Positions 31,409 to 41,158 of a DNA stretch of 64,000 nucleotides are shown here, one piece after another. Under the pieces are notes generated by a model that searched no databases, was not told the DNA's origin, and worked only from the letters and a program-made list of their open reading frames with translations. Source of the stretch: Candidatus Bathyarchaeota archaeon (GTDB lineage Archaea > Thermoproteota > Bathyarchaeia > Bathyarchaeales > Bathycorpusculaceae); the NCBI GenBank assembly GCA_963811105.1, contig CAWEPZ010000011.1:1312001-1376000 (forward strand), in the 5' to 3' direction. Every line of letters begins with the position of its first letter. The first letter of the stretch is position 1. A program made the position numbers and the translations under genes.

Positions 31409-32605
31409 ATGCCTAAATTTGAAAAGATAGAATACAAACCCATTCCGGTGAGAGAACTCCTGCTTGAAATGAAAAACTTATCTGAACTAATGATTGATTT
31501 GGCCTATTCCTCGGCTTTGTATAACGATAATGACCTCGCTGAAGATGTTCTTGCACTTGAAAGTCGAGTAGATACCCTGGCATACCTTTTAGAGATGGAA
31601 ATAATGGTTGCCTCAAGAGATCCCAAAGACGCAGAAGCATTAGTTGGCATTTCGAGAGTAGCATCCTCTACAAATAAAATTTCAGATGCCGCTGCAGACA
31701 TAGCAGCCATAGTAACACGGAAAATTGGAATCCATCCCATAGTTAGACAAATATTTGAACAAGTAGAAGAACGCCTAATCAAAGTGACAGTTAAAGCTAA
31801 CTCAGCGATTATCAAGAAAGAGATACGCGAACTCGATTTAGCAGCAAAAATGGGCGTTGATATTATAGCTATTCGTCGAAACAACGATTGGATACTTAAC
31901 CCTGAGAAAACGGAAAAGGTCTTACAAGGAGATACGTTGATTACTCGTGGAGCGCAATCGGGGATTGAAGAATTCAAAGATCTAGCTGAAGGAGTGCTTG
32001 CAAAACTAAATGTGGAAGAACGAGCTAAATTTGAGGAGATTGTCTCAAGGTTCGTTGAACTCAAAGACACATCTGAATTGATGTTAGATTTAGCTTACTC
32101 GTCTCTTCTATTAAAAAGCAAAGAACTAGCTGAAGAAGTGGAACGACTTGAAGAGCGCATGGACAAACTTCACACTGACTTTGAATTGCTCGCTTTAACT
32201 AGTGACTTCAAAAAAGAAGAAGCTTCAGGTTTTCTAGGTCTAATTCGATTAGGTGTAGCAACAGAAAAAATTGCTGACGCTGCTGCCGATATGGCGGAGG
32301 TTGTTCTAAGAGGAATAGAACCACACCCAGTTTTGAAGCTGACAATCAAAGAAGCTGAAGAAACAGTAACCCAAGCTTGTGTCACTAAAGAGTCCCCACT
32401 CTTAAATAAAACATTAAAGGAAGCACGGATTCATGAAGAAACGGGTATGTGGGTTTTAGTGATTAAAAGAGCAGACAAATGTCTACGTCCTAAAGCAGAC
32501 TCAAAAATTGAACTAGGTGATGTGCTAATTGCATCAGGGTACGCTGAGGGTGCTGATGACCTAAAGAAGCTTGCTTCGCCTGCGCAAGTATGCAGCATTG
32601 ATTAG
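31409..32605 (+). CDS. tandemly duplicated PhoU-TrkA_C (RCK_C) regulatory protein
   Basis: Internal repeat: EMKNLSELMIDLAYS / ELKDTSELMLDLAYS and KISDAAADIA / KIADAAADMA, each followed by a TrkA_C-like domain. Confidence 0.85.
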   Translation: MPKFEKIEYKPIPVRELLLEMKNLSELMIDLAYSSALYNDNDLAEDVLALESRVDTLAYLLEMEIMVASRDPKDAEALVGISRVASSTNKISDAAADIAAIVTRKIGIHPIVRQIFEQVEERLIKVTVKANSAIIKKEIRELDLAAKMGVDIIAIRRNNDWILNPEKTEKVLQGDTLITRGAQSGIEEFKDLAEGVLAKLNVEERAKFEEIVSRFVELKDTSELMLDLAYSSLLLKSKELAEEVERLEERMDKLHTDFELLALTSDFKKEEASGFLGLIRLGVATEKIADAAADMAEVVLRGIEPHPVLKLTIKEAEETVTQACVTKESPLLNKTLKEARIHEETGMWVLVIKRADKCLRPKADSKIELGDVLIASGYAEGADDLKKLASPAQVCSID

Positions 32606-32681
32606 TGAACATCCTTATTTCAGATTCATTAACACTATAAACCAGTAGTTCTCATACTTAATAATAGCAATCGTTGGTTAG

Positions 32682-33035
32682 ATGAGAACGAGGGATAAGA
32701 AGACGCACACCTGTCCAAATACCGCGTGTAAGAGAGATTTTGAAACACCCCTTAGAACCTTAAATCTACAGCAGGAGTCAGCGGAACCATATGACGCCTG
32801 CCCGTTCTGTTTGACTGAAATAGCGATACCTCAACTGGAAAAGGACAACAAGCTGGAAAAGACAACTTCAGTTTCTTCTAAAGACAAGTCAAGCAAAAAT
32901 AAAGAAAAAAGCTACGCTTGCCAATATCACATGGGCTATTTAAGTGAAAGAGAGCAAAAGCAACCAATTCCCGACGAATGCATCGTTTGCAAAGACATTG
33001 TTGAATGCATGCTCAAGAAAATTAGAGCGCAATAG
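32682..33035 (+). CDS. double Zn-finger protein
   Basis: CPNTAC...CPFC and CQYHMGYL...IPDECIVCKDIVEC joined by a Lys/Ser-rich linker. Confidence 0.8.
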   Translation: MRTRDKKTHTCPNTACKRDFETPLRTLNLQQESAEPYDACPFCLTEIAIPQLEKDNKLEKTTSVSSKDKSSKNKEKSYACQYHMGYLSEREQKQPIPDECIVCKDIVECMLKKIRAQ

Positions 33036-33101
33036 AATTTGAAGTTCAGATGAATATAATTAAAAAAATTAAGAATTGAAAGATAGGATAAATTAAAGTT
33101 T

Positions 33102-33470
33102 TTATTTCTTTTTCTTAGCTTTTTCTTCGGTGGCAGAAGCTTCAGCAGTTTTAATTGGCGCTGGCTCTTCAACTTTGGGCTCTTCCTTTTTCTCTTCGAT
33201 TTCAGATGTGATTTCTTCGATCGGTTTTGGAGGCGGTGTTGTTGCCATTGTCCAGCCAATCCACGCGCCGATTGCTAGAATAGCAATAAATGCTATTGAA
33301 ACAAGAATTAATACTGCGTCAAGCCTGATGTTATTGCCAGTGTTGTCTGTGACAGTACCGACGAGTCCATAGACTTGGGCTGGGAAGATTATTAATAACG
33401 CGAATACCAAAGCTACGATAACACATACTGCGAGTATTGCTCCACCTATTGCTTGATCTTTGCTAACCAT
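33102..33470 (-). CDS. 2-TM membrane protein (WIGWTMATTPPPKPIEEI family)
   Basis: GGTGA SD; two TM segments and a charged C-tail. Confidence 0.8.
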   Translation of the reverse strand: MVSKDQAIGGAILAVCVIVALVFALLIIFPAQVYGLVGTVTDNTGNNIRLDAVLILVSIAFIAILAIGAWIGWTMATTPPPKPIEEITSEIEEKKEEPKVEEPAPIKTAEASATEEKAKKKK

Positions 33471-33544
33471 TTAAGTCACCACTTTATAGCCATGTATAAT
33501 CTCAATCAATTTAAAGTTTGTCATGGTTTTAAGCTTGCTCTTGT

Positions 33545-34801
33545 TTATGTTGTTCCCATTTCCCAAGTCGACAGGTACTTTTTCTGTTCAGCAGTTAGTT
33601 CGTCAATGTTTATGCCCATTGCTTTCAGCTTCAGCTCAGCAACCTTTTCGTCTATCTCTTTAGGCACACAGTAAACTTTGGCTTGGAGCTTTGCGGATTT
33701 AGCTATGAACTCAGAGCTAAGGGCTTGGTTTGCAAAGGACATATCCATGACTTCCGAGGGGTGCCCTTCCGCGGCAGCTAAATTTACCAGCCTGCCCTCA
33801 GCAAGTAAGTATAGTTTTCTGCCATCCTTTAGTGAATATTCCTCCATGTTTGGACGAATCGTGCGTTTGCCTGTGGAAAGAGATTCTAAGTCAGGTATGC
33901 TGATTTCTACATTGAAATGACCGCTGTTGCAAATAATAGCACCATCCTTCATCTTCTCCATGTGTTCCTTGCGGATAACGTTAAGGTCGCCGGTCGCGGT
34001 TACAAAGATATCGCCAATATCCGCTGCTTCAGACATCGGCATAACGCGAAGACCATTCATGGCTGCTTCTAATGCCCGGGTAGGTTGGACTTCGGTGACT
34101 ATGACGTTTGCACCCATACCTTGTGCCCGCATTGCTATGCCTCTACTGCACCACCCATATCCTCCGACCACAAAGTTTTTGCCTGCAATCAAAACAGAAG
34201 TTGCCCGCAGGATACCATCCATGGTGCTTTGACCTGTTCCATAGCGATTATCGAAGAGGTATTTTGTGTAAGCATCGTTAACTGCTACAATAGGATACTT
34301 AAGGCTACCATCTTGTTCCATGGCTCTCAAGCGGATAACACCCGTAGTCGTTTCTTCGGTTCCACCTTTGAGGTCTTTTATCTGGTTTTGGCGTTTGCTA
34401 TGCAAAGTTCCGACTAAATCTGCACCATCATCGAGAGTTATACTTGGCTTAAAGTCAAGAACCTTGTCGATACATTGATAGTATTCTTCTGTGTTTTGAC
34501 CCCTCCAAGCGAAAACGTGCACTCCGCTTTCTGCTAATGCAGCAGCGACATCGTCTTGGGTAGAAAGAGGATTAGAACCACAGAGTGCGATGTCTGCGCC
34601 TCCAGCGATTAATACTTTTATTAGAACTGCCGTTTCCTTGGTTACGTGGAGACAAGCCGCCAAGGTTTGGCCTTTAAGCGGTTTTTCTTTCTCAAAGCGT
34701 TTTTTGATTATGTTGAGAACGGGCATGTGTTTAGCTGCCCATTCAATTTGTAAATGACCTTGCGTTGAAAGACTCTTATCTTTAACTTGGAATTCTTCCA
34801 T
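33545..34801 (-). CDS. ahcY: S-adenosylhomocysteine hydrolase
   Basis: [50 protein letters not shown]. Confidence 0.98.
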   Translation of the reverse strand: MEEFQVKDKSLSTQGHLQIEWAAKHMPVLNIIKKRFEKEKPLKGQTLAACLHVTKETAVLIKVLIAGGADIALCGSNPLSTQDDVAAALAESGVHVFAWRGQNTEEYYQCIDKVLDFKPSITLDDGADLVGTLHSKRQNQIKDLKGGTEETTTGVIRLRAMEQDGSLKYPIVAVNDAYTKYLFDNRYGTGQSTMDGILRATSVLIAGKNFVVGGYGWCSRGIAMRAQGMGANVIVTEVQPTRALEAAMNGLRVMPMSEAADIGDIFVTATGDLNVIRKEHMEKMKDGAIICNSGHFNVEISIPDLESLSTGKRTIRPNMEEYSLKDGRKLYLLAEGRLVNLAAAEGHPSEVMDMSFANQALSSEFIAKSAKLQAKVYCVPKEIDEKVAELKLKAMGINIDELTAEQKKYLSTWEMGTT

Positions 34802-34960
34802 GAATATTCCTTCTTTTTATGAAGAATGTGCAGTCTACCTATTTAGAATTTGCTTCATTCTTGAGGGGTAATTAATATCACCCCTCGCAAGCAAAATTTT
34901 GATTGTGGAAAAAGTTTTATTACACAACACCCAAAGCTAACTGCAAGAGAGAGTGATTGA

Positions 34961-35566
34961 ATGAAGGAACCTTTTGCCGAATATATTAGAGCCAACCTTG
35001 GATCAAAAACCTTGCTTATCACATGCGGATTACCTGGAACCTGGAAAACAGAAACTGCAGAACAAGTATCAAAAATCAAAGGATACCCAATTCTTCGAAG
35101 CGATCTAATCCGCTTAGAGGTTCTGAAAAACGAAGATGTTTTTGATCCCAAAGTCGCTGGAAACATGAGCAAACGCATGTCTGTTTATGATGAAGTTTTC
35201 CGCCGAGCAGATGATCTTGCAGACAAAAATGACACAGGGATTATTTTGGATGCTACTTTCGTAACTCAGGAATTGCGCAGGAGAGCGGCTGAAGTTGCGG
35301 CAAGACACAATATGACTTTTGTTATTATGCAAACAAGTTGCACACAGGAAGTGTCTGTTGGAAGGATTGAGAGACGAACCAAGGAGAAATATGAGTCAAA
35401 CGCTTTGACAATAGATGCTTATTTAGCTAATAAGAAAAAGTTTGAACCAGTCGACATCAACGATCTAAAAAGAAACAATAAAAAACTAAAGATTGTCCAT
35501 TTAACGGTCGACACTTGCCACGACAACGCTGAAGACTGGTACGTCATAGGAATGGAAAAAAGTTAA
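34961..35566 (+). CDS. P-loop kinase (AAA_33/COG0645-like) with atypical Walker A
   Basis: GLPGTWKT, LRSDLIR, ILDATF. Confidence 0.8.
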   Translation: MKEPFAEYIRANLGSKTLLITCGLPGTWKTETAEQVSKIKGYPILRSDLIRLEVLKNEDVFDPKVAGNMSKRMSVYDEVFRRADDLADKNDTGIILDATFVTQELRRRAAEVAARHNMTFVIMQTSCTQEVSVGRIERRTKEKYESNALTIDAYLANKKKFEPVDINDLKRNNKKLKIVHLTVDTCHDNAEDWYVIGMEKS

Positions 35567-35582
35567 CGGGACCCGCTCTATA

Positions 35583-36461
35583 ATGACAATCGACTTGCAC
35601 ATTCACTCAAGAGCTTCAGATGGAAAACTCACTATTCAAGAAATTTTCAAAGAAGCAAAAAAACGACAAATTGCCTTCATTTCAATAACAGATCATGACT
35701 CGATTAGTAATCAAATTCAAGCTATCGCAACAGCAAAACAAGAGTGCGTCCGATTCGTCACCGGCGTTGAATTAAACGTTACTTTTTCGTACCCAAAGTA
35801 CCGTGAAGGCAAAGCAATATCGCTGGATTTCTTAGGGTATCAATTCGACGCCAACAATAACACATTGAAAAAGAAACTTGAAACAATGGCAAAGTATCGA
35901 GAAGAAAGGGCAACAAAAATTCTCATTAACCTTAACATTGAATTTAAGAAAGAAAACATTCCAGCTTTAACAACTGACGACTTTAGATATATTGAAGATT
36001 CTGTAGATGGAGTGTTGGGCAGACCTCACATTGCAGATTATTTAGTCAAGAAGAAGATAGTTAAATCACGGCAGGAAGCATTTGACAAGTACCTTGTAAA
36101 GTGTGATGTGCCAAAATATCCACTGTTCTTAGAGGAAGCATCTAAGCTTATCAGAGAAGCTGGGGGAAAGCTGGTTTTGGCTCATCCAAACGACTCTCAT
36201 GGGACTTCGTTAATAACATTAACTAAATCGTTAATTGAGCAAACGAAAATCATCGAGGAAAAAATGTTACCTTACATCAACGGCGTTGAATGTTGGCACT
36301 CAAGAAACACGACTGAAACAACACAACACTATGTAGCATTTGCTAAAGAGCACGGATTAATGATGACAGGCGGAAGCGATTGTCACCAAAAACCAATTGT
36401 CATGGGGTCAGTTCAAATTCCTGATTGGGTGGCTGACCAATTTAGACAAGTTTGTTTATAG
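35583..36461 (+). CDS. PHP-domain metallophosphoesterase (TrpH/YciV-like)
   Basis: DLHIHSRASDG, ITDHD, GRPHIA, LAHP, GGSDCH. Confidence 0.9.
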   Translation: MTIDLHIHSRASDGKLTIQEIFKEAKKRQIAFISITDHDSISNQIQAIATAKQECVRFVTGVELNVTFSYPKYREGKAISLDFLGYQFDANNNTLKKKLETMAKYREERATKILINLNIEFKKENIPALTTDDFRYIEDSVDGVLGRPHIADYLVKKKIVKSRQEAFDKYLVKCDVPKYPLFLEEASKLIREAGGKLVLAHPNDSHGTSLITLTKSLIEQTKIIEEKMLPYINGVECWHSRNTTETTQHYVAFAKEHGLMMTGGSDCHQKPIVMGSVQIPDWVADQFRQVCL

Positions 36462-37463
36462 GTTCTTCGCGTAAGTCTCAGCTAGTTTGAAGTAAGCTTG
36501 TGACTCTTTGGCTGCATCATCCTTTTCTATGCTGTTTACATTGGGGTCGTCAAGTTTGAAGCTGATTACTTTGCCGCGTACATATGCGCGGTAGCACTTA
36601 TAAAATGCGAGAAGTGAGGTTAACTCCTTGTCTTTCGAGTATGCTTCGTATCTCTTGATAAAATACCTTGACAAGTCAGGTTTCTGTTGAAAATCCAAGT
36701 CCATAGCTAAAAAGGCGATGTCTGAGGCTACATCGGAATATCTAAAGCGGTCGTTGAATTCTATTGCGTCAAAAATACAAATTTTGTCTGTGAGAAAAAT
36801 GTTTCCTGAATGCATATCACCATGGCAGTCTCTAATTTTGTTGTTTTTTATTCGGTTTGAAAAAAGTACCTTTTTGTTTTCCATGAAGGCGACAACTTTG
36901 TCTTGAAGATATTGGAATTGTGCCTTTGAGATTGTTCGGCTAATATACTCTTGAGTTTGAGCGAAATTCTCTTCCCAATTAGTTTTGATGATTTTAACCG
37001 AACCAAACTCATTTATTTCAGGACTTGTGTGCGCTTTAGAGTGAAATTTTGAAATTATTTCTGCTAATTCATCAATAGTTTTACTATCCACTAGATTCTT
37101 TCTCAAAAGTGCAGTCATGATTTTTTCTTGGGGCAACCGTTTCATCTTTAAAGCATATTCAACTGTTTCGCCGCTGCCTTTTATCTGGATAGAATTGGAT
37201 TTGTTGATAGGTACAACTTCAAGGTACACATCTGAACAAAGTCTCCGGTTAAGCTCTAATTCTTTTTCGCAGAAGAATCGTCTCTTATCAAGAGTGGAAA
37301 AGTCAAGAAAGCCAAAGTTTACTGCCTTCTTCATCTTATAAACAAATTCTTTGGTTAGGAAAACAAATGATATGTGTGTTTGTATCAGCTCGACTTTTCC
37401 GGATTTTTCAGGGTATGCTTGTGAAGTAAGTAGAGCTTCAACCACTTGTTTTTGACTGTTCAT
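36456..37463 (-). CDS. aminoglycoside-phosphotransferase-like kinase (COG2187)
   Basis: QTHISFVFL, FLDFSTL, ELELNRRL, CHGDMHSGNI, FDAIEFNDRFR, YRAYVRGKV. Confidence 0.9.
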   Translation of the reverse strand: MNSQKQVVEALLTSQAYPEKSGKVELIQTHISFVFLTKEFVYKMKKAVNFGFLDFSTLDKRRFFCEKELELNRRLCSDVYLEVVPINKSNSIQIKGSGETVEYALKMKRLPQEKIMTALLRKNLVDSKTIDELAEIISKFHSKAHTSPEINEFGSVKIIKTNWEENFAQTQEYISRTISKAQFQYLQDKVVAFMENKKVLFSNRIKNNKIRDCHGDMHSGNIFLTDKICIFDAIEFNDRFRYSDVASDIAFLAMDLDFQQKPDLSRYFIKRYEAYSKDKELTSLLAFYKCYRAYVRGKVISFKLDDPNVNSIEKDDAAKESQAYFKLAETYAKNL

Positions 37464-37670
37464 TGGTGTACGCCTTCGTTCGAGATGTATACTCAAGTGA
37501 AGGTGGTCCAAATAAATGTAAGGTATCTTCCTGCAATATTATTGCAATACCTGATTAATTTCATGTTCAATAAGATAAAACTATTTTGAAGATAAACATG
37601 AACTCTGACTAGAAAGTAGACAAGAAGAAGTCTCTCATAAAAGAGCGCTAATGTAATCTCTCAGAAGAAA

Positions 37671-38309
37671 TTATCGAGTTGTATTCTTCAGTGTCTTGAA
37701 ATTTTTTACAAACTCTAAAACTTCATCGATTTGTCCCTTTGAAATATGTTTGTTCTGATATAGCGAATTAGCGAGGTCGCTAACTTTGGCTAAAGCATGC
37801 ACTTTGAACCCCAGTTTCTCAAGGTTTTCTTTTCCGCCTTGTTCTCGGTTTACAACAACTAGCAAGTGCCTAACATTGCCACCTAGCTCTTGCAAAGGTT
37901 TGATGCCTTCAATTTTTGATAACCCGTCGCTTATTACGTCATCGAAGAAGAGGATATTGTCACCTTTTGTGACTTCGGCGCCTGCGATTCGTCCTGTGAC
38001 ACCATAGGCTTTAGCCTCCTTTCTAACTACTATACATGGTAAATTAACCTTGCAGGCAATATTGGGCACTATCAAAGCGCCCTTTAGCTCAATAGAGGCC
38101 AGTTTATCTATCTTATTTGAAACCATTATCTGCTTAATAGCGTCAGCAGCCACTTCGGCAACAGTACATAGCGCGTTTGGTGTGGCAAGCAAACGGGCAA
38201 GATCAATATAGTATGGGCTGATTGCTCCAGACTTAATTTTGAAGCTTCCAAACTTCAGGCACCCTGAAGAGTAAAGAGCATTAGCCACCTTATCAGTAAC
38301 AGATGACAT
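37671..38309 (-). CDS. pyrE: orotate phosphoribosyltransferase
   Basis: FGSFKIKSGAISPYYIDL, RKEAKAYG, PRPP-binding ILFFDDVISDG. Confidence 0.93.
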   Translation of the reverse strand: MSSVTDKVANALYSSGCLKFGSFKIKSGAISPYYIDLARLLATPNALCTVAEVAADAIKQIMVSNKIDKLASIELKGALIVPNIACKVNLPCIVVRKEAKAYGVTGRIAGAEVTKGDNILFFDDVISDGLSKIEGIKPLQELGGNVRHLLVVVNREQGGKENLEKLGFKVHALAKVSDLANSLYQNKHISKGQIDEVLEFVKNFKTLKNTTR

Positions 38310-38375
38310 GTGAATTATCCCAAATGTGAATGCAAGCTACGAAATTTAACTCTTTACTACTGCAAAAAAAAGATC

Positions 38376-39347
38376 TTAAACAACCAAGTCTGCCATGTCT
38401 ACGCTGCGTTCATAAATCTGTCTGAGAAAAGATACAGCTGCCAAAAGCTGAGGCATCAAATCCACAGAAGATTCTTTCGCAACGCGTTCAATATTTGCGT
38501 AGATAAAATCCAATTTTTCTCTCAAATTACGCACATTCTCAGCTAACTCGATGTCTTTTGTTACAAATGATTTTAATGCTTGCTCGTGAGCTTCACAGCA
38601 GATATTTTGCAAATCAACCAACAACCTTTGAAGCTCACTCGACAACTTTACCCCTTTGAGCGCAATGGTTTTAGCAGCCACCTGAACACATGCATCGCCA
38701 ATTCCTTCAATTAAACTTGCTGCCAAACGGTAATCCAAACATTCTATCGGTGTAATCTCAAGCTTTTCGCTTAAACGTGGATTTTGAATTATTGTCCGCA
38801 AAATTCTTACTAACAAGAAATACAATCTGTTACTTTCATCATCTCGGGCAATTACGGTCTTTGCAAGCTGTAGATCTCCATTTATGAACGAGTTAGCGAC
38901 GTCACGAGACATCCCTGCAACAATAGCATGGTTGCGTCGCAAAATCTTCTCAGGCACAAAACCAGACGGCTCCAGCAAACACTGCAAAACCATAGATGAA
39001 GATGTCTCCTCAACAATTTCTAAACCAATAAGCGAACTTACAGTTGACTTAACTATATTTCTGACGTCGTAAGCTATTCGATCTTTTGCTTCAATACGAA
39101 TCGTGTCAAAACCGAGAAGATAACGACCAACAATTTCCCGACCCAAGTAGGGACCAACATTTAGAGAGGCAGTTTTTGGTTGCTGTTCAACATTATATTC
39201 AGAATCAACAATAAGCTTGCCATCAACAGCAACATCCAAATTCACCAAAGTACCTTTCTTTAACCCGTTTTGATTAGCCCAAGCCTTGGGTAAGCAAACA
39301 AAAAAAGTTCCCGTCGGTGTTTGTTGAACCTTGCGCAATTCACCCAT
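38376..39347 (-). CDS. phoU: AbrB-PhoU phosphate uptake regulator
   Basis: RKVQQTPTGTFFVCLPKAW AbrB N-terminus; two PhoU helical repeats. Confidence 0.88.
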   Translation of the reverse strand: MGELRKVQQTPTGTFFVCLPKAWANQNGLKKGTLVNLDVAVDGKLIVDSEYNVEQQPKTASLNVGPYLGREIVGRYLLGFDTIRIEAKDRIAYDVRNIVKSTVSSLIGLEIVEETSSSMVLQCLLEPSGFVPEKILRRNHAIVAGMSRDVANSFINGDLQLAKTVIARDDESNRLYFLLVRILRTIIQNPRLSEKLEITPIECLDYRLAASLIEGIGDACVQVAAKTIALKGVKLSSELQRLLVDLQNICCEAHEQALKSFVTKDIELAENVRNLREKLDFIYANIERVAKESSVDLMPQLLAAVSFLRQIYERSVDMADLVV

Positions 39348-39562
39348 GAAAATACCCCAAGCAAGATATTACAAATCTAAACTATTTATCGATTATATAA
39401 ACTAAGTTGCTTTTGAATAATTAATAGTTAACATATAAAAAATAAGCTAAACCAGTAAACTCCAAAATTTATCCTGCAAACAAGAAACAGTAAATAACTC
39501 AAAAGCATAAGAACTTAAGGACAAAGTATACCTCCACCAATTGTTTAAGAGAATACTGCGAA

Positions 39563-41131
39563 ATGAACAGCCAAGAAAATCTTCAGAAAGCAATCGAAGC
39601 TACACTCGCAGCCGGATACCAACTAAACAGCGAAGCCTTTGAATTTTTAAGCCAAAACTCAGACACAACAAATCCACAGGACATTATGAATTTAGCACTT
39701 GAAAAGATACAGGACTTGGAGGAAAAACCATTTTTCATAGACAAAGTTTTCTTAGAACCCTTCATGCAACAGCTAACAGTAACTCAAATAAATGCACCAT
39801 TAGAGATGCAACAAAACACAGTAAAGCAACCAATACCTTCAGCTTTGAGGCAAACAAATGAAATTGAAAGCGTTTTTTATCCGTACGCAAGAGATATTAA
39901 AACAAATCTTAGCATTCTAGAAGATGCCACTGGCAAGCTTAGCTCCAACGGTACACTTGAAGAGTACTTAGAATATTTCCAAGACAGATTCAAACGAATA
40001 GAACATCTGCTTAGGCAAAGAATGGATGTTAAAGCTGCAACTTCCATCGTAGAAGCACTCAAATCACCTGCTAAAACAAAACTCAAAATTATTTGCATGG
40101 TGACAGAGAAAAGGGAATCAAAACACCAAATGATACTATCAATTGAAGACCTACAGGGAAGTGCAACTGTTCTGGTGCCTCAAAAAGCGCAAGAAGAAGT
40201 CAAGAAAAAAGCGCTCTTGCTTTTGCCGGATCAAGTAATTTGCTTGGCAGTTATAAAAACAAGAACCGCCCTTTTCCTAGTAGAAGATATTATTTTCCCA
40301 GAAATAGGTAGAAAAAGCCAACAAAGAGCCCAAGAACCTGTTTACGCAGTCTTAACATCAGACCTTCATATTGGCAGCAATAAATTTGAAAAGGAAGCAT
40401 TCAAACGCTTCATACTCTGGCTCAGGGGAAAATATGGAAACGATGAAATGAAGCAAATAGCAGGTAGAGTAAAGTACCTGCTAATCGCCGGTGACATCGT
40501 TGACGGAGTTGGAGTTTACCCCAACCAGGCAAAAGAACTGTCCATAAAAGACGTCCACAAACAATACGACTTTGCCTCAAAATATATGGGAAAAATTCCA
40601 GATTACATCGAAATAATAATTTCGCCGGGCAACCATGATGCCGCACGCAAGGCCCTGCCTCAACCGGCAATACCGGAAGGTTACTTGACTGGTATTCAAG
40701 ATAGAAAGAACATTCACTCGGTTGGAAGCCCTTGCCTATTGAGTTTGCATGGCGTAGAAGTTTTAATGTATCATGGACGAAGCTTAGATGATATAATCTC
40801 TGTTATACCGGGAATGGATCATGATCACCCAGAAAAAGCTATGAAGCTGCTCATGCAATGCCGTCACTTAGCGCCCGTTTACGGCGGGAAAACAATGTTA
40901 TCTCCCGAAAACCGCGATTACCTAGTTATAGATAGGGTCCCGGATATCTTCCATGCGGGTCACATTCATGTTTTAGGCTACCTCAATTATCGTGGAGTAC
41001 TAGTTGTAAACTCCGGCGGTTGGCAGAAACAAACGGATTACATGGAAAAACTAGGTTTAGTTCCTACACCAGGAAAAGTTCCAGTAGTAAATCTACAAAC
41101 ACTAGAGACTACTGTGCTTTCTTTTCTATAA
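39563..41131 (+). CDS. polB: DNA polymerase D small (proofreading) subunit DP1
   Basis: OB fold plus calcineurin-like motifs SDLHIGS, AGDIVDG, PGNHD, YHGRS, HAGHIH. Confidence 0.96.
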   Translation: MNSQENLQKAIEATLAAGYQLNSEAFEFLSQNSDTTNPQDIMNLALEKIQDLEEKPFFIDKVFLEPFMQQLTVTQINAPLEMQQNTVKQPIPSALRQTNEIESVFYPYARDIKTNLSILEDATGKLSSNGTLEEYLEYFQDRFKRIEHLLRQRMDVKAATSIVEALKSPAKTKLKIICMVTEKRESKHQMILSIEDLQGSATVLVPQKAQEEVKKKALLLLPDQVICLAVIKTRTALFLVEDIIFPEIGRKSQQRAQEPVYAVLTSDLHIGSNKFEKEAFKRFILWLRGKYGNDEMKQIAGRVKYLLIAGDIVDGVGVYPNQAKELSIKDVHKQYDFASKYMGKIPDYIEIIISPGNHDAARKALPQPAIPEGYLTGIQDRKNIHSVGSPCLLSLHGVEVLMYHGRSLDDIISVIPGMDHDHPEKAMKLLMQCRHLAPVYGGKTMLSPENRDYLVIDRVPDIFHAGHIHVLGYLNYRGVLVVNSGGWQKQTDYMEKLGLVPTPGKVPVVNLQTLETTVLSFL

Positions 41132-41158
41132 GGCGTGTTTGCATGTTTGAGACGCCAA

